Source: Bacteroidales bacterium (GTDB lineage Bacteria > Bacteroidota > Bacteroidia > Bacteroidales > WCHB1-69). From it: a stretch of DNA of 64,000 nt. Of this stretch, positions 29,829 to 39,507 are shown in pieces. Below the pieces are notes generated by a model. It saw nothing but the letters and a program-made list of their open reading frames with translations. It did no database searches and had not been told where the DNA came from. The stretch spans positions 2,754 through 66,753 of the forward strand of contig JAFVNW010000009.1 in the NCBI GenBank assembly GCA_017506175.1, in the 5' to 3' direction. The position numbers were made by a program, and so were the translations under genes. Position 1 is the first letter of the stretch; each line of letters opens with the position of its first letter.

Positions 29829-31208
29829 TTACTTGCCGAGGCGTTCCAATTGAACGGTGAAGTGGCGCATCAACTTGGCTTCCCAGGTGATTTTCACGCC
29901 ACGCGTAATCTCGTTGCGACGGTCGTACAGGTTCTTGCAAGCGGCGGCGATCACGTCCATGTGGTTGTCGGTATAGACGCGGCGCGGGATGCAGAGGCGT
30001 ACGAAGTCGAGGCCGCCGAAACGGTTTTCGTGCGTCACTGGGTCGCGGTCGGCGAGCAGATAGCCGATCTCGCAGGCGCGGATGCCGGCTTCAAGATAAA
30101 GTTCGCAGGTCATCGTCTGTGCCGGGAACTCTTCCTTCGGAATGTTGGGGAGAATGCGGTCGGCATCCAAAAAGATGGCATGGCCGCCGGCAGGACGTTG
30201 ATAAGGGATGCCGTATTCGTCCAATTTCTGGGCGAGATAAGCGACTTGGTGGATACGGGTTTGCAACATGTCGAACTCGGTGTTCTCGTCCAACCCAACT
30301 GCCAGCGCCTCAAGGTCGCGACCGGCCAAACCACCGTAAGTGATAAATCCTTCGTAGGGGATGCAGAAGCTCTTAGCTCCTTCGTACCAATCTTTTTTCT
30401 TGGTGGCGATAAAGCCGCCCATGTTCACGATGGCGTCTTTCTTGGCACTCATGGTCATACTATCAACGTAGGAATACATCTCCTTGGTGATTTCCTTGAT
30501 GCTCTTGTTTTCGTAGCCTTTTTCGCGGGTTTTGATGAAATAGGCGTTTTCGGCAAAGCGGGCAGAATCCATATTGACCGGGACTCCGTATTTATGGCAA
30601 AGTTCGCAGGTCTCGCGGATGTTCTTCATGCTGACCGGCTGACCACCGACGGTGTTATTGGTGATGGTGAGGACCATGAAAGGAACATTGCCTTTGTTTT
30701 CTTTCAAAACTTTTTCCAGTTTCTTCAAGCCGACATTGCCTTTGAAAGGAACTTCGAGCTGGGTGTCCTTGGCCTCGTCGCAAGTGACGTCGATAGCTTT
30801 GGCGCCGCGGGCTTCGATATGGCCTTTGGTCGTATCGAAGTGGGCGTTGCCGGGAACGACCATGCCGGGTTTCACAAGATAGGAGAAGAGGACGTTTTCA
30901 GCGGCGCGGCCCTGGTGAGTGGGGATGACATAGCGCATGCCGAAGAGTTTTTTTACAGTGCTTTCGAATTTGTAGAAGCTGGTGGCTCCTGCATAGCTCT
31001 CGTCGCCAAGCATCATCGCGCTCCACTGGCCCTGACTCATAGCACCTGTGCCGCTATCGGTCAGAAGGTCGATATAAACCTCTTCGGCCTTCAGCATGAA
31101 CACATTGTTGTGAGCGGCTGCCAGCCATTTTTCGCGTTCCTCGCGAGTGGACTTCCGGATGGGTTCCACCATCTTGATTTTCCAGGATTCTGCAAAAGGT
31201 AATTCCAT
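29829..31208 (-). CDS. tnaA: Tryptophanase (beta-eliminating lyase; tyrosine phenol-lyase not excluded)
   Basis: 459 aa. DLLTDSGTGAMS and PLP-lysine region SAKKDAIVNMGG. Confidence 0.8.
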   Translation of the reverse strand: MELPFAESWKIKMVEPIRKSTREEREKWLAAAHNNVFMLKAEEVYIDLLTDSGTGAMSQGQWSAMMLGDESYAGATSFYKFESTVKKLFGMRYVIPTHQGRAAENVLFSYLVKPGMVVPGNAHFDTTKGHIEARGAKAIDVTCDEAKDTQLEVPFKGNVGLKKLEKVLKENKGNVPFMVLTITNNTVGGQPVSMKNIRETCELCHKYGVPVNMDSARFAENAYFIKTREKGYENKSIKEITKEMYSYVDSMTMSAKKDAIVNMGGFIATKKKDWYEGAKSFCIPYEGFITYGGLAGRDLEALAVGLDENTEFDMLQTRIHQVAYLAQKLDEYGIPYQRPAGGHAIFLDADRILPNIPKEEFPAQTMTCELYLEAGIRACEIGYLLADRDPVTHENRFGGLDFVRLCIPRRVYTDNHMDVIAAACKNLYDRRNEITRGVKITWEAKLMRHFTVQLERLGK

Positions 31209-31235
31209 AGTTTGTACTTTTAATTAGACAATAAA

Positions 31236-31958
31236 TTATTTTGATTTTTGTAATTTCTTTGCATAACGTGCATCGAGCAGAGCCTTGCATTTGGGGCAGT
31301 TGCGGCACACCGGCGCATTCACGTCGGCGATAGCGGTGCGGGTGATATTCCCGATTTCATCGTAGTAATTCCAAGTGCCGGTGCAGTTTCCATCGGTGAA
31401 GTGGCCCTCATAACATGTTTTACCATTCGGGTAATAGCAGATTTCATCGCCGTTTTTCACCCCCATGTCGAACTTGGTGGAGCGCATCTTCTTGCCGGAA
31501 TCAAAATACTCGATGTATTCGCCGTCGATTTTCCCTTGGTTATAGGTGCATTGCGTACGCACATTGCCGTTCGGGTAAAAGGTCTTCTCCTCCCCTATTT
31601 GCACGCCATGGTCATATTTTGCAGTGGACCAAGGAGTTCCGTCATCATAATAGGCGTTCCATACGCCATCTTCAAGCCCATGGTCGAATTTCATCTCCGT
31701 ATAGAGTGTTCCATTTTTATGATAGGCGGCATGGCAGACCACCTCATCGGTGCGGTTGCCCTTCTCATCAATCCGGTAGATATCGACATCACGCTTGGCT
31801 CCGTCGGCATAGGTCTTTGTCACCACAGAACCGGGCGCATCCTTATAGGGATCGTAGATTTTCTTCTCAGCTTTGGGTTTGTCGGTATGTTTGCAAGCAG
31901 CCAGACAGAGAATCAGGCATAGGACGGTAAGGGGCAAAAGGAGTTTTTTCAGCATCAT
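31236..31958 (-). CDS. MORN-repeat (YwqK-like) lipoprotein with Cys-rich C-terminus
   Basis: Lipobox LAAC. Repeated G.W..YY..G motifs. C-terminal CRNCPKC. Confidence 0.6.
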   Translation of the reverse strand: MMLKKLLLPLTVLCLILCLAACKHTDKPKAEKKIYDPYKDAPGSVVTKTYADGAKRDVDIYRIDEKGNRTDEVVCHAAYHKNGTLYTEMKFDHGLEDGVWNAYYDDGTPWSTAKYDHGVQIGEEKTFYPNGNVRTQCTYNQGKIDGEYIEYFDSGKKMRSTKFDMGVKNGDEICYYPNGKTCYEGHFTDGNCTGTWNYYDEIGNITRTAIADVNAPVCRNCPKCKALLDARYAKKLQKSK

Positions 31959-32725
31959 TTCTTTTCTTTTTCAAAAGGAGCATTCATATCTTTAAGCACT
32001 TGGTCTGTGATGTCCTTGGTGGGGTCGGCGCAAATCAGGATGGGCATCTCCTCGGAATAGGTGAAGACGTAGGAGGCCTTTCTGGTGGCGCTGATGCGGG
32101 CGGAGGAGGCTTTCAGCGAATCCAACATCGACTTGTTGACACCGCTGGTCTTTTCGTCGATTTTATTTCTGGCGGACGTCATGTCGGCTTCCAACTTGCT
32201 GTATTCGGCCTCCAGTTGCTGCTGAGTGTTCTGCATCTGGATGTCGGTCAGGATGCCGGCCTGCATATTCTGCTGGAACTGCGCATATTTCTTCTGGAAG
32301 CTCTGTTGCTTGCCTGTGAAGAGGGCCTCCTGCTGGGAAAGTTCCGTTTCCAGTTCTTTCTTTTTCTGCTGGAAATAGATGTAATGTTCCTGGATGGTGT
32401 CCAGATTGATGAAGAGGACCTCGCCACTGCCGGGGTTGCCGGGGACAGCGGAAGCTACTGCGACATTGTCTTGAGCCGTGGCGTCTTTTTTACAGAGTTT
32501 GCCCCCGCAGAAATAAAGGATAAAAAGGGCGATGACGGCCACAGCCAGCACACAGTCAACAATCAGTCCGCACTTGCAGCCGCTGCTTTTGCATTTTCCA
32601 TTTTGGGGTTCTTTATTCTCGCCGGCAGGAGTTGGGGCATCCGGCTGTTCAAGGTCAATCTTCACAAATGATTCCTGAGCGGCTTGCGCGCTCTCGTTTT
32701 TTAAATTTTCTTCGTTTTCTGCCAT
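31955..32725 (-). CDS. OmpH/Skp-like chaperone with an N-terminal Cys-rich cytoplasmic segment + TM anchor
   Basis: Q/E/K-rich coiled-coil region typical of OmpH (QQKKKELETELSQQEALF...). The N-terminus has CKSSGCKCG followed by a TM helix instead of a cleaved signal peptide. Confidence 0.55.
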   Translation of the reverse strand: MAENEENLKNESAQAAQESFVKIDLEQPDAPTPAGENKEPQNGKCKSSGCKCGLIVDCVLAVAVIALFILYFCGGKLCKKDATAQDNVAVASAVPGNPGSGEVLFINLDTIQEHYIYFQQKKKELETELSQQEALFTGKQQSFQKKYAQFQQNMQAGILTDIQMQNTQQQLEAEYSKLEADMTSARNKIDEKTSGVNKSMLDSLKASSARISATRKASYVFTYSEEMPILICADPTKDITDQVLKDMNAPFEKEKK

Positions 32726-32797
32726 TTTTATAAATATCTAAAGAACAACAAATATCAACAAAGGAACACACCTCTGTTGGTTACAAAAAAGAACGTG

Positions 32798-32805
32798 CAA
32801 AAGTA
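32798..32805 (-). promoter_or_regulatory. Putative -7 promoter box (TAnnTTTG) for the ompH-like/MORN/tnaA unit
   Basis: The plus strand reads CAAAAGTA, 73 nt upstream of ATG 32725. Confidence 0.45.
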
Positions 32806-32835
32806 ATAATAATTTTTGAATCAGGCAAATCGACA

Positions 32836-34098
32836 TCACGTCTTTCGCACCTGCTTCTTCGCTGCCGGAAAGAGCACGTTGTTCAAGATGAGCCTGTAAC
32901 CGGGCGAATTCGGGAAAATGTCCAGGTCAGTCGGCGGGTCGCCCACAAAATGCTGATAGTCCTCTGGGTCGTGGCCGGAATAGAAGGTCCATGTGCCCTT
33001 GCCGTACTCGCCGTGAATGTAGCGTGCCTCGCCCATGGCAGCACTCTCACCCATTATCAACACATGGGGCTTGATTCTGTCCTTGCGGAAAGCTGTGGTC
33101 TGCCCCATGAATCCGGGAATCACGTTGGAGTGATTCTGGCAGAGCATCGTCGGCACGGGATCCCACTTGGCGGAGAATTCAAACAGCGTGAAGAAGTCGT
33201 TCTTCTTGCGGTCACCAGTCGGTTTCACATCGATGTCGGCAATTTCATACTGGTATGGGTTGGTGACGATGTTGAAATTAGTAAATGCGAATGTTTTGCT
33301 GAAGTCCAACTTCGACTGCGCCTGCGGGTCCATCGGGTCGCCATCAAACATCACATCACAGATGTCAACGCCTTCGGCAGCCAGCGCGACATCAAAACTG
33401 TCGGGACCAGAGCACATTGCAAACAAGTAACCGCCGCCAGCAACAAAATCACGAATGGACTTGGCCACGGCGAGTTTCATCTGCGAAACCTTGCTGTAAC
33501 CCAGCCTCTGCGCAGTGGCCTCCTGCTCCGCCACATCCTGCTGGTACCACGCCGCATTGCGGTAATTGCCCCAGAACTTGCCATACTGGCCGGTGAAGTC
33601 CTCGTGATGCAGGTGCAACCAGTCATACTTGGGCAGTTCTCCGTTCAACACTTCCGTGTCATAAATCACCGTATAGGGAATCTCAGCGTATGTCAGCACC
33701 AACGTCACCGCATCGTCCCACGGCAACTTGTTCTTGGGAGAATAAACGGCGATTTTCGGCAGCTTTGTCAACTTGATCTCGTCCATATTGGCTTCCAACG
33801 AGGCGATTTCGTTGATGATAGCACTCGCTTGGATATCGGAAATCACCTCGTAAGTGACCCCGCGAATGGCACACTCGTCCTGAACCGACTGACTATACTG
33901 GCACATGAAACTGCCCCCGCGATAGTTGAGCAGCCAGCTCACGTCAATGCCCTTCCCTACTGCAAAATAGGCGATTCCGTATGCCTTGAGATGATTCTTC
34001 TGCACCAAATCCATCGGGACCAGCAGATGCGTCGCCGACAAATTCAAGACGAATCCCGCAAGAATGATAGTGATGATAAAGCGTTTTATTATGTTCAT
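32836..34098 (-). CDS. Conserved exported protein of unknown function (possible GATase1/ThuA-like fold)
   Basis: 420 aa with an N-terminal signal/anchor. GGGYLFAMCSG resembles a nucleophile-elbow motif. I recall homologues being mislabelled asparagine synthetase B. The fold guess is weak. Confidence 0.55.
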   Translation of the reverse strand: MNIIKRFIITIILAGFVLNLSATHLLVPMDLVQKNHLKAYGIAYFAVGKGIDVSWLLNYRGGSFMCQYSQSVQDECAIRGVTYEVISDIQASAIINEIASLEANMDEIKLTKLPKIAVYSPKNKLPWDDAVTLVLTYAEIPYTVIYDTEVLNGELPKYDWLHLHHEDFTGQYGKFWGNYRNAAWYQQDVAEQEATAQRLGYSKVSQMKLAVAKSIRDFVAGGGYLFAMCSGPDSFDVALAAEGVDICDVMFDGDPMDPQAQSKLDFSKTFAFTNFNIVTNPYQYEIADIDVKPTGDRKKNDFFTLFEFSAKWDPVPTMLCQNHSNVIPGFMGQTTAFRKDRIKPHVLIMGESAAMGEARYIHGEYGKGTWTFYSGHDPEDYQHFVGDPPTDLDIFPNSPGYRLILNNVLFPAAKKQVRKT

Positions 34099-34131
34099 GT
34101 TCTCTTTGACTTAAAAGATAAATTCAACCTC

Positions 34132-35085
34132 CTAATTCTTACCCGGCTTATAGTATTCCCTGTTTTTCAGTTCATAGGCGGGGCGGGACTTGTCGGGGTT
34201 GCGCCCACGCACCTTCTCAACGAAGAGCCACTTTCCGTTGTCAGCCACAAATCCCTGATTCATACTGGATTCTGGCACCATAAAGGCGGCCACGTCCCCC
34301 ATTGCGTCATCCAACGGAGCGAGCACATCAAAGACAATCATTTCGGCGGTGGCAGTCTCGTAAACCACACGATGCGTCTTCGGATCACGACGGCCCGTCC
34401 CGACTTCGTATGACTGCGTTTCGTACTTCAAAGAGAAAACGGAATTTTTGGCATAGTCGAAAATAATACGGTAGGATTTCTCTGGATATTTCTTGAATAC
34501 ATTCGCTCCGAAAACTGGTGACATATCAGACTTAAAATACAGTATTTCAATTACTTTCTGATTGGTAAACATATCATTCCCGTTCCAACCGAGCAGAGTG
34601 TAATAAGTCCGTGTTTTCGTTTTCAAAGGAATCAACTTGTAATAGACTGCGCCATACCACTTGTTGTGGTTGCCCACGCTAGTACGCGGATAATCAATCG
34701 AACTGCGCTTGTCGAAAAGCGGATATAGGACATATTTCTTACGCCCCTCATTGTAAACTTGGATAAAACCGAAATTCTCAACCGTGTAGTCATCTTTCGG
34801 GATAAACCAAGTAAAAATTTTGAAAAGCTTATCCGGAGAGGCAAGCACCGAGAAATTCTTGACAGAATCCCATTCAAACTTGAACGCATTCTTCTCATTC
34901 AGAGTCAGTTCCAACAGATTCATAAAGTCCTCGTTCAAACTGTAGCGTTCCACCTCCGTAGGAGCTCGCATCACCGCCTCACGAAGATTGATCAACGAGT
35001 CCTCCCAAAAACGAAAGTCGAAATGCTTCTGCCCGAAGAGAGAAGCAACCGACAACATCAGAAGAATCATTAACACTCTTTTCAT
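34132..35085 (-). CDS. Exported hypothetical protein
   Basis: 317 aa with signal peptide MKRVLMILLMLSVASLFGQ. No family recognised. Confidence 0.6.
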   Translation of the reverse strand: MKRVLMILLMLSVASLFGQKHFDFRFWEDSLINLREAVMRAPTEVERYSLNEDFMNLLELTLNEKNAFKFEWDSVKNFSVLASPDKLFKIFTWFIPKDDYTVENFGFIQVYNEGRKKYVLYPLFDKRSSIDYPRTSVGNHNKWYGAVYYKLIPLKTKTRTYYTLLGWNGNDMFTNQKVIEILYFKSDMSPVFGANVFKKYPEKSYRIIFDYAKNSVFSLKYETQSYEVGTGRRDPKTHRVVYETATAEMIVFDVLAPLDDAMGDVAAFMVPESSMNQGFVADNGKWLFVEKVRGRNPDKSRPAYELKNREYYKPGKN

Positions 35086-35864
35086 TTAACTTGTATATAG
35101 ACGGTATGGCGATACAATTGCCTATCTTTATCGAGATAATAATAATAATCTGAAGTCGCAAGCACTTGACGAGTCCCAGAATGGAATACCAACGAACTGC
35201 CCCAGAGCTGGGAACACAAGTAAAACATCATGATGCCATCATGTGTATAGTAAATCCGGTCCCCGACAACTTGAATCGGCGTATCCGAAACCACGGGATA
35301 GGAGTTCAGATAGGTGCCGAAAGCATCGAAGAACAACACCGCGTCCGTGTTGACCAGCACCAGCTTTTTTTCTTGCAACGAAAGAAATTGAGATGGATTC
35401 AAGTCACTAATTGTGAGGTGATTACGAGAAATCACATTCAAATGGAAATCAACGGCGACCAAGTCTTTCGCCACCTCATCGTAGAGCCAGATTTTATTGT
35501 CGGTGGAGTAGGTGGCGAGTGTGACATTTTGGAGGTTTTGAGCGAACAAGTCAAGCGGTTCCCCAATGACGGTCAACTTGTCGTCCAAGAAGACGATTTT
35601 GCCCGCATCGCGATAGAACAGCATGATTTTCAAAGGATTGTCAGAATCAATAGAGGAAATATCTCCAAGAAGGAAGTCTTCATAATTGGCGAGTTTGCTT
35701 CCGAAAGGATCCAATTTCACGAGTGAAGCCCCATTCACAACGTATATGTTCCCTCTGATATCACAGGAGATATAATCCCCAACGGCATCCGATACACGCT
35801 CCGACTGGGCCTGTACGAACATACAGGCTACGAGCAAGAACGAGAAAAGGAGACCTCTTTTCAT
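35082..35864 (-). CDS. Exported hypothetical protein, beta-propeller-like repeats
   Basis: 260 aa with a signal peptide. Recurrent IYVVNG / IWLYD / LVLVNTD / IYYTHD blade-like motifs. ATGA overlap with the next gene. Confidence 0.6.
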   Translation of the reverse strand: MKRGLLFSFLLVACMFVQAQSERVSDAVGDYISCDIRGNIYVVNGASLVKLDPFGSKLANYEDFLLGDISSIDSDNPLKIMLFYRDAGKIVFLDDKLTVIGEPLDLFAQNLQNVTLATYSTDNKIWLYDEVAKDLVAVDFHLNVISRNHLTISDLNPSQFLSLQEKKLVLVNTDAVLFFDAFGTYLNSYPVVSDTPIQVVGDRIYYTHDGIMMFYLCSQLWGSSLVFHSGTRQVLATSDYYYYLDKDRQLYRHTVYIQVK

Positions 35865-35876
35865 GGCACATGGATA

Positions 35877-37568
35877 CTATTCACCGAACAATTGCTGAAG
35901 AGCTCTTTCCAATTCAGGTCCCCGCAGCCCGCGAGCCAGGATCCGGCCTTCGCGGTCAAGAAGGAAGGTGCAGGGAATGGATGAGACGCCGTACAATTTG
36001 GCGGCGGCGGAGCCCCAGCCCTTCAGGTCGCTCACATGGTTCGCCCATACAAGCCCGTCTTTCTGGATGGCGGCCTCCCAATTCTCCTTTTTGTTGTCCA
36101 AAGAAACGCTGAAAACCTCAAACCCCTTGTCGTGATATTTCGCATACATCTTCACCACATTCGGGTTCTCCTTCCGGCATGGGCCGCACCACGATGCCCA
36201 AAAGTCTATCAGCACTACCTTGCCCCTCAAGGAAGAGAGTTTGCGCGTGACGCCGCTGGGGTCTGGAAATTCCAGCTCGGGAGCCACATTGCCCGTGGCC
36301 GTTCGGTTTTGAGGCGTGTTTATCTTGTCATAGCGCTCGTTGACCAGCGGGTGCGAAGGGAACTTCTCATGCAACGCAGTAATCACCTCCGTCTGCAAAG
36401 CCTTGTCTTGCGCAAACTGGTCAATGAACATCAACGTCGCCAAATCGGTCTTGTTCTCCAAAATCAAGGCGCGGGATTTGTCAGTTACACTCTTATTGTA
36501 CTCATTATAAACAGATTGATAGCGTGCCACCACATCCTGAATGTGATTTTGCCCTTCGGTCAGGATGTTGTTTCCAAGGGTGGAGAGGATTTTGACGGAG
36601 GCATTCAACTCATCCTTCTTGGCGAGTACTTGCGAACCGTACTCCTTCACAACCGCCAGAATCTGATTGCAGAAATTCATCTTTGCCTTCGTGCTTTCAA
36701 GTTTGCCGTCGAAATAAAATTCTTCGTAGTCACTGACCAGTTTTTCCATTTTTTCATAATAAAGGTCGAAAGTAGAAGAGACAGCCAGCTGATAATCATC
36801 GGTAACGAGAATATACTGCTGGAGGTTCGCATAAATCTCCTCAAAGCCCCGAACGGGAGTGAAGTCGGCAACAGTGAGCGGCTTGGCAGCGTCGCGATAG
36901 CCCTTATACGCCGCGTAATAGTTCTTAAAGGTCTTCATGTGCTGGATGCTTCCCGTCAAGAAGGCATCCATCTGCTTCTTATCCAGTTTGCCATCGGGGG
37001 CGCAGCGGTTGAGGAGCGACATCAACGAGTCGTTCTTCTCGATGGAGGAGGAGATATCGGAATCCGTCGCCCGCGCCGACAGATGAACCGGCTTGAACTT
37101 CGCAATGAAATTGCTGAAATAGAGCTGGGTGGCATCGTTCTGCAACGCCTCATTCAAACTGTCGAGCAGTGATTTCTGATGGATGAACATATCTGATAGC
37201 TTTTGAGTAAAAGCAACTGATTCAGAGCCGGTTACAGAGACCACCTTTCGCAAGTCGGTAGCATCCAAGGTCATGTTGATATTGTCGTTCGGATGCAGAC
37301 AGAGCAGAAAGAGTGAATTGTCGGCAAATGAGAGCGCATAAATATCCGGCTGTTGCAACGTGGTCCGTATGACGAAACGGTCGTTTTTGATTTCCGCAGT
37401 TGCCAACTTCGCGGGAGCAGCATCCCCCTCTTTATAAGCAAGTTGCAGGTCAACAGACTTGTATTGGCTATTGTTCAACAAGGTGACGTTCACCGTCACA
37501 TTCTGAGAAAACAAAATGTTTGCCATCATCACGAAAGCAAACATTAAAACGATAGATAATTTATTCAT
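35877..37568 (-). CDS. TlpA-like thiol:disulfide oxidoreductase with a long N-terminal domain
   Basis: 563 aa with a signal peptide. C-terminal thioredoxin fold with WASWCGPC. Confidence 0.85.
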   Translation of the reverse strand: MNKLSIVLMFAFVMMANILFSQNVTVNVTLLNNSQYKSVDLQLAYKEGDAAPAKLATAEIKNDRFVIRTTLQQPDIYALSFADNSLFLLCLHPNDNINMTLDATDLRKVVSVTGSESVAFTQKLSDMFIHQKSLLDSLNEALQNDATQLYFSNFIAKFKPVHLSARATDSDISSSIEKNDSLMSLLNRCAPDGKLDKKQMDAFLTGSIQHMKTFKNYYAAYKGYRDAAKPLTVADFTPVRGFEEIYANLQQYILVTDDYQLAVSSTFDLYYEKMEKLVSDYEEFYFDGKLESTKAKMNFCNQILAVVKEYGSQVLAKKDELNASVKILSTLGNNILTEGQNHIQDVVARYQSVYNEYNKSVTDKSRALILENKTDLATLMFIDQFAQDKALQTEVITALHEKFPSHPLVNERYDKINTPQNRTATGNVAPELEFPDPSGVTRKLSSLRGKVVLIDFWASWCGPCRKENPNVVKMYAKYHDKGFEVFSVSLDNKKENWEAAIQKDGLVWANHVSDLKGWGSAAAKLYGVSSIPCTFLLDREGRILARGLRGPELERALQQLFGE

Positions 37569-37585
37569 ATATAAGGGTGATTCAA

Positions 37586-38830
37586 TTAATTTGCATCATT
37601 TAAGAAACGATAGATGGAGTGTTCAAATTGTTCTTTCGCATATTTTAAATCAATGGACATTGATTTTTTCCTTGAATCGGGGAATGAATACATCGCGTCG
37701 GTCATGATTTTTTCAACGATGGAGCGAAGTCCACGGGCCCCCAGCTTCAATTCCACTGCCTTCTGGACAATGTAGTCGATGGCTTCGTCGGAAAATTTGA
37801 GGTTAATCCCATCCAACTCAAAGAGTTTTTCATACTGCTTTATCAGGGCGTTTTTGGGTTCCACAAGGATTTTCTTCAATGCGGCAGCATCGAGGCTGTT
37901 CAAGTAGGTGATGACAGGAAAACGACCGCAGAGTTCCGGAATCAGTCCGAACGTCTTGATATCCTGTGCAGAGACATATTGGAGCACATTGTTCTTGTCG
38001 AACGCCTTGTTTTTGGAATTGTATCCGATCACATTCGTGTTCATCCGCTCGGCGATGATTTTGTCGAGGCTATTAAACGCGCCAGAAGCAATGAAGAGGA
38101 TGTTCTGGGTATCCACCTCAATGAACTTCTGTTCCGGATGCTTTCTGCCGCCTTCCGGGGGAACATTCACCTTGGCGCCCTCGAGCAACTTCAGCAACGA
38201 CTGTTGCACGCCCTCGCCGGAGACATCTCGCGTAATTGACGGATTGTCAGCGCCTTTGCGTGCGATTTTGTCGATTTCATCAATGAAGACGATGCCGCGT
38301 TCCGCTTTGGCGACATCGTAGTTGGCGGCCTGAAGCAAACGGGTGAGGATGCTTTCCACATCTTCGCCCACATAGCCGGCCTCGGTGAAAACGGTGGCAT
38401 CGGCAATACAGAAAGGAACATCCAACATCCTTGCTATCGTCTTGGCAATCAAAGTTTTACCTGTTCCTGTCTCCCCTATCATCATGATGTTGGATTTCTC
38501 TATTTCCACGTCATTGTCGTCCGTCTTCACATACATTATTCTTTTATAATGATTATAGACGGCAACAGAGATGACCTTCTTGGCCTCATCTTGACCGATG
38601 ACATACTGGTCGAGTTTCTTCTTGATTTCGCTGGGTTTCAGCAGATCGACCTTGAAATTTCGTTTTTCCTCCTCCTTGTTACGGGCACGGGTTTCGCACA
38701 GCATCTCATCGGCGATATGGATGCAATTTTCGCAGATGGCACCTGAGATACCGTAAATCAGCGGATTGTCGGGCGTTTCCGGCCTTCCGCAGAAACTGCA
38801 GAACATCGTGTTTTTAGGATGTTTCACCAT
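37586..38830 (-). CDS. clpX: ATP-dependent Clp protease ATP-binding subunit ClpX
   Basis: Zinc-finger CSFCG...CENC, Walker A GETGTGKT, IVFIDEIDK. Confidence 0.95.
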   Translation of the reverse strand: MVKHPKNTMFCSFCGRPETPDNPLIYGISGAICENCIHIADEMLCETRARNKEEEKRNFKVDLLKPSEIKKKLDQYVIGQDEAKKVISVAVYNHYKRIMYVKTDDNDVEIEKSNIMMIGETGTGKTLIAKTIARMLDVPFCIADATVFTEAGYVGEDVESILTRLLQAANYDVAKAERGIVFIDEIDKIARKGADNPSITRDVSGEGVQQSLLKLLEGAKVNVPPEGGRKHPEQKFIEVDTQNILFIASGAFNSLDKIIAERMNTNVIGYNSKNKAFDKNNVLQYVSAQDIKTFGLIPELCGRFPVITYLNSLDAAALKKILVEPKNALIKQYEKLFELDGINLKFSDEAIDYIVQKAVELKLGARGLRSIVEKIMTDAMYSFPDSRKKSMSIDLKYAKEQFEHSIYRFLNDAN

Positions 38831-38835
38831 ATTTA

Positions 38836-39501
38836 CTATTTGTTTTTGCCCAACACTTCGTCAATCATTCCGTACTCCTTGGCCTCGTCGGCACGCATCC
38901 AATAGTTGCGGTCGCAGTCTTTCCAAACCTGGTCGTAATCCTTGCCTGAATGATGGGAGATGATTTCATACAGCTCCTTTTTCAGTTTTTGGATTTCCTG
39001 GGCTTCGATTTCGATATCGGAAGCCTGACCTTGCGCGCCACCGAGTGGCTGGTGAATCATGACGCGGGAGTGCGGAAGGGCGAAACGCTTGCCCGCTGCG
39101 CCTGCGCACAACAGAACCGCACCCATTGAGGCCGCCATGCCCGTGCAGATGGTGGAGACATCCGGATTGATGTACTGCATCGTGTCATAAATACCCAAAC
39201 CCGCGTGGACATAGCCGCCGGGAGTGTTCAGGTAAATCTGGATGTCACGTTCAGAATCCTGCGATTCAAGGAATAGCAACTGAGCCTCGATGATGTTGGC
39301 CACATCGTCATCAATCGGCACGCCAAGAAAGATAATTCTGTCCTTCATCAGGCGGGAGAATACGTCCAGCTGCGTGATGTTCATCGGTCGCTCCTCAATG
39401 ATATAAGGTGTCAGATAATCGTTGACTGCAGAGGTGTATTTATCCACATGCAGGCTTGCAATACCGCGGTGCTTGACGGCATAATTTCTAAAATCGTTCA
39501 T
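38836..39501 (-). CDS. clpP: ATP-dependent Clp protease proteolytic subunit
   Basis: 221 aa. Catalytic Ser context GMAASMGA and His in MIHQPLGG. Confidence 0.95.
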   Translation of the reverse strand: MNDFRNYAVKHRGIASLHVDKYTSAVNDYLTPYIIEERPMNITQLDVFSRLMKDRIIFLGVPIDDDVANIIEAQLLFLESQDSERDIQIYLNTPGGYVHAGLGIYDTMQYINPDVSTICTGMAASMGAVLLCAGAAGKRFALPHSRVMIHQPLGGAQGQASDIEIEAQEIQKLKKELYEIISHHSGKDYDQVWKDCDRNYWMRADEAKEYGMIDEVLGKNK

Positions 39502-39507
39502 ATTAAA

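Noticed and set aside
29850-31202. 450-aa ORF on the plus strand running almost the full length of tnaA in antisense
   Set aside because: It is an exact mirror of a well-supported gene, and its composition (H/V/G/R/A/F-rich) is typical of the antisense frame of codon-biased genes. It has no recognisable motifs and no promoter box. It is a shadow ORF.
32950-34413. 487-aa plus-strand ORF antisense to two exported-protein genes, crossing their intergenic gap
   Set aside because: It is an antisense shadow frame with the same skewed composition and no recognisable domain. It spans a gene boundary only because the short gap happens to lack stops.
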